From IMG/VR virus record IMGVR_UViG_3300046517_002304, positions 372,001-436,000 of that record: a stretch of DNA of 64,000 nucleotides; one strand, written 5' to 3'. A program made the translations under genes and the position numbers. The notes beneath the pieces were generated by a model. It was not told the DNA's origin. It saw only the letters and a program-made list of their open reading frames with translations, and searched no databases. Each line of letters opens with the position of its first letter. The first letter of the stretch is position 1. This document shows positions 32,998-42,076 of this stretch, piece by piece.

Positions 32998-33852
32998 CTA
33001 GGCCACACGCTGGTGGAGCGACTGAAGCTTAGATTTCGCTTGTTTCAGAACCATGCGAACGTACCTTGGGGTACATCCACGTTGAACACTTATATCAATA
33101 ACAGACTTCTTTTGCAATAGGGATTTTATGATATCCTGTTCAGCAGGCTTAAGCTGATTCAATACTTCATAATCAACATCTGCCTGAGGCTCTACCAGCT
33201 TAATAGACTTATGGCCAACTTCTCCCATCATCACCCGATTTAGCGGGAGCAGCAAAAACTTTTTGATTTTCCGATTATTCCACCCAAGCTTAGCGAATAC
33301 TTCGTCTAACGTAGCTCTTCGCCCAAGTTCGTTGTCTAACACATTCTTAATTTTATGAAAATTACGAATAGCCTGTGCAATTAATGAACTTTTAATTCTA
33401 ATTGGGCTATCCTTCAATGCGGGTCCGCACACCCTTCTCTTAACACTTGTGTACATAAAAGAAAATACAGGAACAGATAAATTTGTATAATACCACAGCA
33501 CATCATACGCCTCCAGATAAGTCGCCCCAAAATCCATCCTTTTAGATCTGGTAATAGTCTCTAAGCCGCCATAATGATTCTTAAGAAAAACATGAATATC
33601 ATTTTGATTTTCTTTGATAATGGCAACATCTTGCTCAGGCAAGTCAACCTGTTGATTGTTAAAAATAGTGTTTCGTAAGACTGATAAATCCATCCCTAAT
33701 CGTCTGGCATGATTAGCCAACAATAAGTTGGCCTTGACGATTTTGGAAATGACTTCTGATTGAACTTCTGTTGATTCAGGCACCGACCATGGTGATTTCA
33801 TTGCTTTAACATTCCTGCTTTTTTGAGAACCAATGTGTTGTATTCTGGCCAT
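32998..33852 (-). CDS. divergent sigma-70-family transcription factor
   Basis: PIRI..., LGRRATLDEVFAKLG (region 3), L.QLKPAEQDII...ISVQRGCTPRYVRMVLKQAKSKL (region 4 HTH). Confidence 0.65.
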   Translation of the reverse strand: MARIQHIGSQKSRNVKAMKSPWSVPESTEVQSEVISKIVKANLLLANHARRLGMDLSVLRNTIFNNQQVDLPEQDVAIIKENQNDIHVFLKNHYGGLETITRSKRMDFGATYLEAYDVLWYYTNLSVPVFSFMYTSVKRRVCGPALKDSPIRIKSSLIAQAIRNFHKIKNVLDNELGRRATLDEVFAKLGWNNRKIKKFLLLPLNRVMMGEVGHKSIKLVEPQADVDYEVLNQLKPAEQDIIKSLLQKKSVIDISVQRGCTPRYVRMVLKQAKSKLQSLHQRVA

Positions 33853-34175
33853 GCGCCAGCTAACAGTTCATCTACGCTCACCCACAATGCTACGCCTTCG
33901 GAACTTGATGCTATTCTTCCAGACCATTTAGAAACTAAATACGTAGTTGTCCAGTAATCTCCGTTTTGAGAGGCATGAATCCAATCACACGCTTCAACTT
34001 TTATATTGGTTTCTTCGTAAGCTTCTCTAATAGCAGCAGTTTTAGTAGATTCAAATCCGGTTAATTTTCCTCCGGGCAAACTGCATAACATTTGGTTCTT
34101 CGGCGAACATACAGCTAAAATCTTCCCTTCGTTAATTAAAAGAATACAGGCAGCGGAAGTATGTCCAATCATCAT
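33798..34175 (-). CDS. Nudix hydrolase
   Basis: Nudix box LPGGKLTGFESTKTAAIREAYEETNI. Confidence 0.9.
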   Translation of the reverse strand: MMIGHTSAACILLINEGKILAVCSPKNQMLCSLPGGKLTGFESTKTAAIREAYEETNIKVEACDWIHASQNGDYWTTTYLVSKWSGRIASSSEGVALWVSVDELLAGAWPEYNTLVLKKAGMLKQ

Positions 34176-34183
34176 GTATCTCT

Positions 34184-34194
34184 ATGGATAACTA
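34184..34194 (-). repeat. junction motif copy 10
   Basis: Exact; 4 nt after the stop of 34199..35320, 8 nt before the Nudix ATG. Confidence 0.95.
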
Positions 34195-34198
34195 AAAA

Positions 34199-35320
34199 CT
34201 ATGCAGGCATTCTAGTTGCGTGCAAGTACCCCTGGTAGCTACCGTCCATTAACTTCTCTCTTCCGCATAAACAAACAGTGATTGCCTCTCTCGGATCGTC
34301 AATATGATTTTCCTGACAATACTGAAGAGTCGGATCAATCCATTCTTCTTTCCCCTTAAATCTAATCACTTCTCTCAACAGAATTTTTCTCATAATCTCC
34401 GCAGATGGACGAGGACAATAAACTTGATTCGGGAATCTGCTGGCCAGAGCGCCGGACATCAAACTTTTAAACAACGGCATGTCATTTACCGTAGCAAAGC
34501 ATAAGAGTTTTATATTCCTATGCGAATTTTCTCTGTAATTAATTTTTCGTATTTCAGAACGATGATCCAAAAGACCCAGCAGGTATTGTAGGCTGGATTC
34601 CGGAGCCTTTTCTAGCTCTTCAATGACCAAGAGCTTTGGCTTATATTTAGAATTTAATAATGTTTTTTCAGCCCCAGCCTTAGTGGTTGACGATGCGTCC
34701 ATTTTTAAAACCGCATCTTCGCCTACCATTTGTACAAGAGCATGTAGTATCTCAGTTTTTCCGCAGCCGGGAGGGCCTGCATACAAAACGTTAAACTTAT
34801 TCAGTCCTCCGGATTCTTCAAACGCTACGAGCGCGGAGTGGAGTATCTGTATCTGAGCATCCCTATCATAGATATGATCGAAGTGATTCCCTAAATCAAG
34901 ATTTAATTTCCCAATTTCTATCTTCCCTATACTTGCTCCGTCAGCCACCGTCAAAGGCTCTACGGTGGCACCAGAATCAACCGGCTCAACAACGGTCATC
35001 GGCGTGCCATCTTCGCTGAGAATCTCCCATCGGCCATTATTAGAACATGCGCCTACAGCCATGCCTACCAATCGCTCAAACTGGATATCATCAACTTCCG
35101 CCCCGTTTGACTTTCTCTTTTTAAAATCTAAACGAGTCCTGTAGATGTAATTATCGCCATGGGCAAGCGGCTTAGGGGTCATCCAGCTAATGCAGGACCA
35201 GCCTTGCTTCCCTCTGTCGCCCGCAGTAGCGCGGCCAATGATACCGTTAATATTCTGTCTAATAATATCTTCATTCAAACGACGTTTGCTGACCTTATTA
35301 AGCAGAATGGTATGCGACAT
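34199..35320 (-). CDS. AAA+ ATPase with unique N-terminal domain
   Basis: Walker A GPPGCGKT, Walker B LVIEELEK, FATVN, ALASRF. Confidence 0.85.
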   Translation of the reverse strand: MSHTILLNKVSKRRLNEDIIRQNINGIIGRATAGDRGKQGWSCISWMTPKPLAHGDNYIYRTRLDFKKRKSNGAEVDDIQFERLVGMAVGACSNNGRWEILSEDGTPMTVVEPVDSGATVEPLTVADGASIGKIEIGKLNLDLGNHFDHIYDRDAQIQILHSALVAFEESGGLNKFNVLYAGPPGCGKTEILHALVQMVGEDAVLKMDASSTTKAGAEKTLLNSKYKPKLLVIEELEKAPESSLQYLLGLLDHRSEIRKINYRENSHRNIKLLCFATVNDMPLFKSLMSGALASRFPNQVYCPRPSAEIMRKILLREVIRFKGKEEWIDPTLQYCQENHIDDPREAITVCLCGREKLMDGSYQGYLHATRMPA

Positions 35321-35351
35321 TTGTTCCTTTTCGGTTTGGGAAGTGGTCCTT

Positions 35352-35362
35352 ATGGATAACTA
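35352..35362 (-). repeat. junction motif copy 11
   Basis: Exact; in-frame second stop after the TGA of 35366..35725; followed by AAGGACC. Confidence 0.95.
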
Positions 35363-35763
35363 TTTTCAACCTTCACCGCCGATATCAGTCAAAAACACAT
35401 TCAGCAGGCACTTGGTATGAGTGTATCGGTAAGAGTGGTATCCGAACACCCAATCCTGAAGCGGGCCAAAATCCTTCGGCGTTCGGGGCTTGAAATTAAA
35501 AACAAGATTCGCCAAATGGTAATAAATTGCTCCACATTCTCTCGCAAGACGAACGTGGCCAGTCCCATAATCCTTTGGATTTGCCAGTAAATCATCATTC
35601 TCTTCCTTGAGAGCAACCAAGAGTTCGTCAAGATAAGAATAAATTTTTTGCCATTCCGTAACATGAGACTGGAGGCAGTCTTCAAGTATCGTCTCAATTT
35701 TGGCTACGAGGTCGTTTGAGTTCATTTTGTGCCTCCAAAGTTGGTGATTCCCCGAATATATAA

Positions 35764-35792
35764 ACTATAACCACGTAATGGAGATAAGTCAA
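35764..35792 (-). promoter_or_regulatory. sigma70-type promoter
   Basis: TTGACT-17 bp-TATAGT upstream of 35725. Confidence 0.5.
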
Positions 35793-36002
35793 GTGAAAGC
35801 ATTTGAAGAATTTTTGAACGATAAAGGTGAGAGTCTAGAAGAAGTCAAGAAGTGGCTGCAAAAAGCTATCGATCCCAAGCACGCCGGTTTTTGTACTCCT
35901 ATGACAAAAGATACCTGCACGCCAAGACGCAAGGCTTTAGCAAAACGCTTTAAGAGCGGCGACATTCATGAAGACAACTTGAAGAAAGACGAAAAGAAGT
36001 AA
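35778..36002 (+). CDS. small basic phage protein
   Basis: KAFEEFL...KWLQKAI...CTPMTKDTCTPRRKALAKRFK; divergent plus-strand gene; real start may be GTG 35793. Confidence 0.6.
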   Translation: MEISQVKAFEEFLNDKGESLEEVKKWLQKAIDPKHAGFCTPMTKDTCTPRRKALAKRFKSGDIHEDNLKKDEKK

Positions 36003-36122
36003 TGGCGGAACCAGTGGTAATAAGTGTGTCTAGCTATATTTTCATGACTGGCGTTACTGCACTATTCGTCTTTGCGCTTATCCACGACACTTTCTTTGGA
36101 GAGCCGTGGGGCTGGAAGTAAC

Positions 36123-36290
36123 TTAGGATCGGCAAGAAAAGAAAAATAGGAAAATAGCCGATGCCCAAAATGTCAGACTAATTAAAACAACCGCCCAACT
36201 GTTCCGATTCAAAAGTCCAAGAATGCCGGTTGTGGCAGGCAGCTTATCTTCAAAAGAGCCTTGCTTCATATCGTCCAATGAAAATGGCAT
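36123..36290 (-). CDS. small putative membrane protein (55 aa)
   Basis: Read by hand: MPFSLDD...WAVVLISLTFWASAIFLFFFSCRS*; 13 nt after motif copy 12. Confidence 0.5.
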   Translation of the reverse strand: MPFSLDDMKQGSFEDKLPATTGILGLLNRNSWAVVLISLTFWASAIFLFFFSCRS

Positions 36291-36303
36291 GTTTATCTTT
36301 CTA

Positions 36304-36314
36304 ATGGATAACTA
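36304..36314 (-). repeat. junction motif copy 12
   Basis: Exact; TAG is the stop of 36312..37037. Confidence 0.95.
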
Positions 36315-37037
36315 AGGTTTAACGAGTAATTCAGCAATCTGTGATGCAGTTTTGCTTTGAAAAGCGTAATACCAGTTTCTTCGGTTCATCCAGTCATGAT
36401 GCGCAGTATACACAGTATATCCAGCCAAAAATCTATCAACAGCTAATATTGTATCTCTGGCATACGTGTAGGTTTCGAGTGCTTCGTGGTAATGATGGAA
36501 ATCTTTATGAATCACTCCGCAGCGTAAAAACATCGTAAGAGCAGACATACGCATACTGTACTGCGTCCAAAAATCTGATGGTTCAATCCAAATACAATTA
36601 GGCTTATCAACGCCGTCCAATGAAGTCTTCTTGAACGTACTTAAATTCGTAAGATTTAAAACTTCTTCAATCATTCTAATATAGTGAGCTATCTTTTCCC
36701 CGAAACCACCCGTTTCACGGTAAACACTAAAATAAAATCCTTTTGTAAATAGTGCTCCACAATTCTGCATACTATTTTTGCCAGTTTGCATAGATGTTTC
36801 AAATAACTCCCTACATTTCTCCCAAGAAGTAGTCTCAGGCTCGGCAACTGAGCGGAGGCCGAAGCAACCATCACTTGTTGACATTAGGCCGTAGACTGAC
36901 GGAGCAATCTGTTTAACTTCATCAGGAAAAATGGATAACTTATTTTCAGCCATCTGCCAAATTTCTTCGTTGCTTTTATGCTGATTTCCGTTTTCGTAAA
37001 TTTTGTGTGCCGTAAATGCAATACACTGCTCTCTCAT
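36312..37037 (-). CDS. 'WxxCR' paralog family protein with DUF2934-like N-terminus
   Basis: IAFTAHKIYE...EIWQMAE N-terminus; WEKCRE, PSDFW...RMSALT, RFLAGYT, LLVKP. Confidence 0.65.
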   Translation of the reverse strand: MREQCIAFTAHKIYENGNQHKSNEEIWQMAENKLSIFPDEVKQIAPSVYGLMSTSDGCFGLRSVAEPETTSWEKCRELFETSMQTGKNSMQNCGALFTKGFYFSVYRETGGFGEKIAHYIRMIEEVLNLTNLSTFKKTSLDGVDKPNCIWIEPSDFWTQYSMRMSALTMFLRCGVIHKDFHHYHEALETYTYARDTILAVDRFLAGYTVYTAHHDWMNRRNWYYAFQSKTASQIAELLVKP

Positions 37038-37046
37038 AATGGCTCC

Positions 37047-37074
37047 TTGACTTTAAAAAATTTTACTGTAAAAT
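37047..37074 (+). promoter_or_regulatory. sigma70-type promoter, probably leaderless transcript
   Basis: TTGACT-16 bp-TAAAAT, then 6 nt, then ATG 37081. Confidence 0.65.
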
Positions 37075-37080
37075 GTCGGA

Positions 37081-37677
37081 ATGCTCTACATCATCAGACA
37101 CGGTAGTACAAATTTAAATGAAATGAATCCACCCGTCCTTCAGGGCCGCAGCGTGGATTCACCTTTAAGCACGCTTGGAATACAGCAGGCCGAAAAGACG
37201 GCGGCGTATTTTGTTGAAAAAGGGATAACTAAAATTTATTCGTCGCCTCTTAGGCGTGCCATTGAGACAGCGACCATCATAGCAAAACCGCTGAACCTGT
37301 CAATAGAAATCGCAGATGACCTCATAGAAGCGGATTTGTCGGTTTGGGAAAACATGACAATCGAACAGGTAAAACAAAAATACGCTACAGATTTTGCTTG
37401 GTTTTCATACGATACCGGATGGCGAAAACCGGGCCGTACCGGAGAGTCATACAATCAAGTGCTGGAGCGAATTACTCCATTCTTAGAAACAATCAATGCC
37501 AATGGCGAAACAAATCTGGTTGTATCTCATAGCGTAGTGGTCAAAGCATACATGGCAAAATTACTTCAAATTCCCCTTTGGCATGCCCGCGAATTGCCAA
37601 TGTCTAACTGTAGCATAAATTTTTACTGGAAAGATAAGAATCTTATTACGCTGAATTCCGTCCAGCACCTTATCTAA
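37081..37677 (+). CDS. histidine phosphatase (phosphoglycerate mutase family)
   Basis: IIRHG, SSPLRRAIETA, GES, LVVSH. Confidence 0.9.
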   Translation: MLYIIRHGSTNLNEMNPPVLQGRSVDSPLSTLGIQQAEKTAAYFVEKGITKIYSSPLRRAIETATIIAKPLNLSIEIADDLIEADLSVWENMTIEQVKQKYATDFAWFSYDTGWRKPGRTGESYNQVLERITPFLETINANGETNLVVSHSVVVKAYMAKLLQIPLWHARELPMSNCSINFYWKDKNLITLNSVQHLI

Positions 37678-37850
37678 TTTTCGCCAGAAACTTAGCCCAA
37701 CGATTATGACTGCATACACAATCGGCATCGTTAGAATGCCCACAATCTTGACAAGTGCAACAGGTGCCGTGATTGGGGCGCATGGTGGGAATTAGCTCAA
37801 CAGTGTGATTTTTTAATTGATCACAATCTCTGAGCATTGCCACTAGTTCA

Positions 37851-38327
37851 TCAAAAAGTTCTTGGTTCATTGTTGTCCCCTAAGGGTAAATAATTTACTG
37901 GCTGGCCATTCTTATCTATATTGCAGCGGCGAAAGCCAGAGATGTCTAGCTTGCCGAAATGGTGCTCCCTATGGCAATTATGGCATAGCACGATGCATTT
38001 ATTTATTTCGGCAATGACATCATCTAACGGATTTCTGTTACCACCGCCAATAGTAAACTGTTTCTCTGCTGGATTTATATGATGAAAAGCTAATTGATAC
38101 GTATGCAACTCATCACTCCATGCACACGATGGATTGACGCAGCCATAATGCAATCTAATTGCGTTGATAGTTGCCCCTTGCTTGGCTCTAAAATTTACTT
38201 GATACTCTCTCGCCTTAACCAATAGCATAGGATCAGCTAATTTTCGTTCCCTCCGATATTTCTTGAAATAATCAGGGTCTTCCTCCAGCTTCACCTTATT
38301 CCAATTCTTCCAATTTGTTTTTGCCAT
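37851..38327 (-). CDS. HNH endonuclease
   Basis: FHHINPAEK...EINKCIVLCHNCHREHH. Confidence 0.8.
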   Translation of the reverse strand: MAKTNWKNWNKVKLEEDPDYFKKYRRERKLADPMLLVKAREYQVNFRAKQGATINAIRLHYGCVNPSCAWSDELHTYQLAFHHINPAEKQFTIGGGNRNPLDDVIAEINKCIVLCHNCHREHHFGKLDISGFRRCNIDKNGQPVNYLPLGDNNEPRTF

Positions 38328-38342
38328 ACATAATATATCGTC

Positions 38343-39326
38343 TTATTTCTTGACTTGCATTAATACATAGCCAACTAATAATAAACAAGAAGCACCATAA
38401 AACCAATGATCTAATGATACCACTTCATTGTAAGGCTTCGTTAGATCTAATTCTAAAAATTGATTTGCTATGTTAGTTATCTGACGAGACATGTCCCCCG
38501 ACGATGAATATCGCACATAAGATCCATTTCCTATTGCGGCGATAAATTTGAGTACGCTCTCATCTAGGCTAGAGCGAAGCATGTTTCCTTTGCCATCAAC
38601 GTAGTAGCCCTCAAAAACATTATCTATACGCTTTGTAAGCTTGCAATTATCTGACCCTAGTCCGATGCTGCTGAACACAAAACCAAACTTCTTCAATTCA
38701 CTAATATGTCTTTTAATTTCATCTCGGTCAATAGTCAATCCTTCCTCAAGGCCACCATCAGACAATACAACAACAATGTTCTTACCGCTAGTGATTTTAC
38801 GATTATTAGCAATTTGATGTAATGCAGAGAACGCACTCTCAACCGAAGTTCCTGGGATATCTACTACCTTATAATCCACTTCACGAAGAAGAGTTAAAAA
38901 AGTACTTTTTTTAGTTGTTAAAGGGCAGTATCCAATGTTTGCCGCGCCCGAGAATGGAATCAAACTTGTGGCAGCAACACCGGGTAATTCGATATAAGAT
39001 TTTTCTATTTCCTGCTTTGCGGCAACCAATCGGTTAGGCCGAATATCCTCACACATCTGCATACTTTTGCTAACGTCCAAGAGGAAGAAAAATCGGATAT
39101 CCTTATAGGCATACTTGACGACTTCCCTATAAGGCCCAGCTAGGCCAATGATAGCGCTGCCGATTGCAGCTACCAAAAGTATAACGGCAGTCATTCTGTT
39201 TTTAAAACTAGGCGTATTGCCCAGCAGACTAATCTCGCCGAATCTACGGATTCGCTTTGCGGCGATGAAGATTACTGGGATTAGCACGAAGAGGAAGTAC
39301 AGGTAATTAGGTGATAGAAGGTGCAT
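38343..39326 (-). CDS. membrane vWA-domain protein (BatB-like)
   Basis: Two N-terminal TMs; MIDAS LDVSKSM, D.RPNRL..AK, CPLT, GT, LSDG; C-terminal TM. Confidence 0.85.
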   Translation of the reverse strand: MHLLSPNYLYFLFVLIPVIFIAAKRIRRFGEISLLGNTPSFKNRMTAVILLVAAIGSAIIGLAGPYREVVKYAYKDIRFFFLLDVSKSMQMCEDIRPNRLVAAKQEIEKSYIELPGVAATSLIPFSGAANIGYCPLTTKKSTFLTLLREVDYKVVDIPGTSVESAFSALHQIANNRKITSGKNIVVVLSDGGLEEGLTIDRDEIKRHISELKKFGFVFSSIGLGSDNCKLTKRIDNVFEGYYVDGKGNMLRSSLDESVLKFIAAIGNGSYVRYSSSGDMSRQITNIANQFLELDLTKPYNEVVSLDHWFYGASCLLLVGYVLMQVKK

Positions 39327-39832
39327 AGATAATTAAGAATCTTTATACTTAACATTAATTTTTACATCAACACGATAATTACAAGGTATTTTATTTTTAT
39401 TAGCATTATATCCAGTATATCCCTTACAATTAATGGGGGTACCATCATATTCGGTTAATTTTTTGGCTACCGCAGTCTTAATCGCACTAAGAACATCTAT
39501 GCTGTATCCGCCTTGCTTACAACCGTGCTTATTGCTGCAACAAGCAGTATCTTCTCGATATCCACAGTGGATATCCCGTATTAAAAATGACGAATAAAAA
39601 TCACTCTCTTTAACAGTATACGTTATATCCGATGCTTCGGGAAACATTTCTAACAATTCAAATTTATTCATAACCTATTATAGTTCCCCAACCTTCTTCT
39701 TAATCAGCTTCTACCCTAATTGCTGCCGGGACTGGATGCGCTTCAATGTAATAGAAGCCAGCAAATGCTATCGACAGCCAAATTATAGCGACAATTAGTG
39801 GTCCAGTATCTAAATCCGTCCAAAAAGTTTTT

Positions 39833-40294
39833 TTACCCATTTATCTCATCCACCTTCATTTCAACTAAGTCCACAATTTCTTTGTTAGCCGCATCCGTCA
39901 TCTTCTGCACTTCTTTGTCGTCCAACTCTTTGCGGGCCTTATGCCTAATATTTCTAATTGATATTTTCGCTTGCTCTCCTAATGCCCTCACGAATTTAAT
40001 AATCTTTTCTTTCTCCTCTCCACACCTTTTTGGCACGCTTACAACCACACTGTTCTTTGAAAAGACATAAGAACTAAATCCAGATTTCTGAAGTGCCGTA
40101 TTTATAGTTCCTAGTAAAGCAGGGTCATAAGGCGTGATTTGTATTCTTTTCCCGTCACTGTACACCATCGCAATGTGCTTCAATTCGGAAGTGCTTCCGT
40201 AACACTCTATCTTGACCGAATCCAGCATACCCGGAGAAACAGAGTCTCTAACCCCCTGTAGTTGCTCTACCAAATGATCTACCGCTTTGCTCAT
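39833..40294 (-). CDS. frr: ribosome recycling factor (shortened)
   Basis: LDSVKIECYG, I.PYD, EQAKISIRNIR, EVQKMTD. Confidence 0.85.
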   Translation of the reverse strand: MSKAVDHLVEQLQGVRDSVSPGMLDSVKIECYGSTSELKHIAMVYSDGKRIQITPYDPALLGTINTALQKSGFSSYVFSKNSVVVSVPKRCGEEKEKIIKFVRALGEQAKISIRNIRHKARKELDDKEVQKMTDAANKEIVDLVEMKVDEING

Positions 40295-40307
40295 TTGAGC
40301 CTTAAAA

Positions 40308-40472
40308 TCAGCACAAGCGATTTTTGTTTTTCTTCATGATTATTTCCTTTGCTTTTTCTGGGTCCATCTTAAAAATCTCAACATAGATATCGTAATCACT
40401 CATAAGTTGCATGCTCTTAAAAACAGGCGTTTTATTAGACCCTATGACATCTACTTTTACTTCTGCTTTCAT
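40308..40472 (-). CDS. MKAEV-start small protein (54 aa)
   Basis: Read by hand: MKAEVKVDVIGSNKTPVFKSMQLMSDYDIYVEIFKMDPEKAKEIIMKKNKNRLC*. Confidence 0.6.
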   Translation of the reverse strand: MKAEVKVDVIGSNKTPVFKSMQLMSDYDIYVEIFKMDPEKAKEIIMKKNKNRLC

Positions 40473-40475
40473 GAT

Positions 40476-41465
40476 TTACTTCTTTTCGCTAACAGTCATA
40501 GCCAGATATTTTTTACCACCAAGTATCTTTGTAGAGAATCCTTGGAAAACAACATTTTTACTAAAATCAATCCTTGTTCCACGCGACGACCGCCAGGTCG
40601 GATATTTAATTACGCTAGCGTTAATATACTCAACCGCCTTCTTAGAAATATCTTCTAACCAGATCAATTCCTTGTCTAAACTATATTCACTATCATTAGC
40701 GCTAAACGGCTTCGGACTTACATATGGAATCAACAATACAGAAGTCATGCCATCAAAATTAGATAACGAATTTGGATTTCTGTTATCAAACTTATGCTCA
40801 ACATATGGAATAATTCTTCTTACTAATGAAATAGATACTCTATAAAAGTCAGTCTCTTGATGAGAGTCAAATACACGAAAAGCAGAACTAAATGTTTCTT
40901 GTGCTTCTAGACAATTAGCGATACGATAAGCCGTTTCGCCTTCTAGACCTTTAAGCATTCCTCTATCATTCCACTTTTTGTAAATATTAGCAGACGCTCC
41001 GGCCTTCTCCCAGATATCCCTATTGTCGGTCGCCACATCTTCCAATTCTAGTCCGGCACCTACGCGATGCGCATGTATAGCGTCCAATATACTATTAATA
41101 GTCTGATGTTTTTTATACGATAAAACCAACTGATCGCCTGGATCGCCGTTGATGAATAACTGAACAAAGTGTCCTTGGCGACAATACTCGTCAAATACAT
41201 CATTATCAAACATTTTAATAGATGCAATGTATTCATCTTTAAAGAAAACGGCAAAGCTGTCCGCTTCAGGAAGAGCCTTCATCTTATACCCATACTTGCA
41301 ACATCTCAAATCGCTGTCGGATAATTCCCAACGATCACCGTATCCGGTCTTAAATTCAACTTTACTCAAATCAACCGCTTCTTGCTTCTGCACACTGGCG
41401 CTTAAATTCTGGATACCAACTAATGGTAGTAACGCACCCGCACTCAAAAATTCTCTTCTTAACAT
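40476..41465 (-). CDS. Tat-signal chimeric protein with gp23 major-capsid N-terminal-like segment
   Basis: MLRREFL leader; domain paralogous to 41530..41802; KKWNDRGMLKGL...IANCLEAQ...SISLVRRI. Confidence 0.55.
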   Translation of the reverse strand: MLRREFLSAGALLPLVGIQNLSASVQKQEAVDLSKVEFKTGYGDRWELSDSDLRCCKYGYKMKALPEADSFAVFFKDEYIASIKMFDNDVFDEYCRQGHFVQLFINGDPGDQLVLSYKKHQTINSILDAIHAHRVGAGLELEDVATDNRDIWEKAGASANIYKKWNDRGMLKGLEGETAYRIANCLEAQETFSSAFRVFDSHQETDFYRVSISLVRRIIPYVEHKFDNRNPNSLSNFDGMTSVLLIPYVSPKPFSANDSEYSLDKELIWLEDISKKAVEYINASVIKYPTWRSSRGTRIDFSKNVVFQGFSTKILGGKKYLAMTVSEKK

Positions 41466-41495
41466 GATCTTGTCCTTTTTGAAAATTATTACTCT

Positions 41496-41523
41496 ATTTT
41501 ATCATTAAAAATTACTTTGTCAA
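41496..41523 (-). promoter_or_regulatory. sigma70-type promoter
   Basis: TTGACA-16 bp-TAAAAT with TGn. Confidence 0.7.
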
Positions 41524-41529
41524 CGTCAA

Positions 41530-41802
41530 TTATTCTAGCCCCAAATTCACACGAGAATCATGGATAAATTTTAGTGTACTCTGGACTGACGGATACTCAT
41601 CTGCCTTAAGATTAACATATGCAAAAGTATCAGAGTCTTTAAAAATAACAGAATGAGCATCAGGCTCCTCGTACATCTTAACTTCTGCTATCTGTTGGTC
41701 TTGCAAGTATATCGGAAAAACCTTGCGTTCTTCCGACCACATAATATCGTAACCATAATCAGAGCTAGTAAGCTTACATAATTCATCTTTCATATCTTTC
41801 AT
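41530..41802 (-). CDS. hypothetical protein, paralog of the N-domain of 40476..41465
   Basis: YGY...IAEVKM...IHDSRVNLGLE vs YGY...IASIKM...IHAHRVGAGLE. Confidence 0.65.
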   Translation of the reverse strand: MKDMKDELCKLTSSDYGYDIMWSEERKVFPIYLQDQQIAEVKMYEEPDAHSVIFKDSDTFAYVNLKADEYPSVQSTLKFIHDSRVNLGLE

Positions 41803-41821
41803 AATTCTTCCTTTTTAAAAA

Positions 41822-42076
41822 TTAATTTTCTTCGTAATTTAAATTCCATAAATTCGCATCACACCCATTTTGGGTAGTTATAAACCAATAGCCAACATAA
41901 TATGAACTTTCCCCAAAAGATAAAAATTTAATCCCATGATGTTTAGCATATGATTTAAACTTCATCACCAAATGCTTCGGCACAGCCCATCCCAGGCTAT
42001 GTGAATTACCAGAATAAACACTGAATATTGTAGATGTACTTTCATACGCAGTAGTTATCTTAACTTCAGCTTTCAT
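41822..42076 (-). CDS. MKAEV family protein
   Basis: MKAEVKI start. Confidence 0.75.
   Translation of the reverse strand: MKAEVKITTAYESTSTIFSVYSGNSHSLGWAVPKHLVMKFKSYAKHHGIKFLSFGESSYYVGYWFITTQNGCDANLWNLNYEEN

Noticed and set aside
1143-36314. Junction motif as a DnaA-box replication origin
   Set aside because: Copies are single, kilobases apart, tied to gene boundaries and deviate from TTATCCACA. DnaA binding itself is not excluded.
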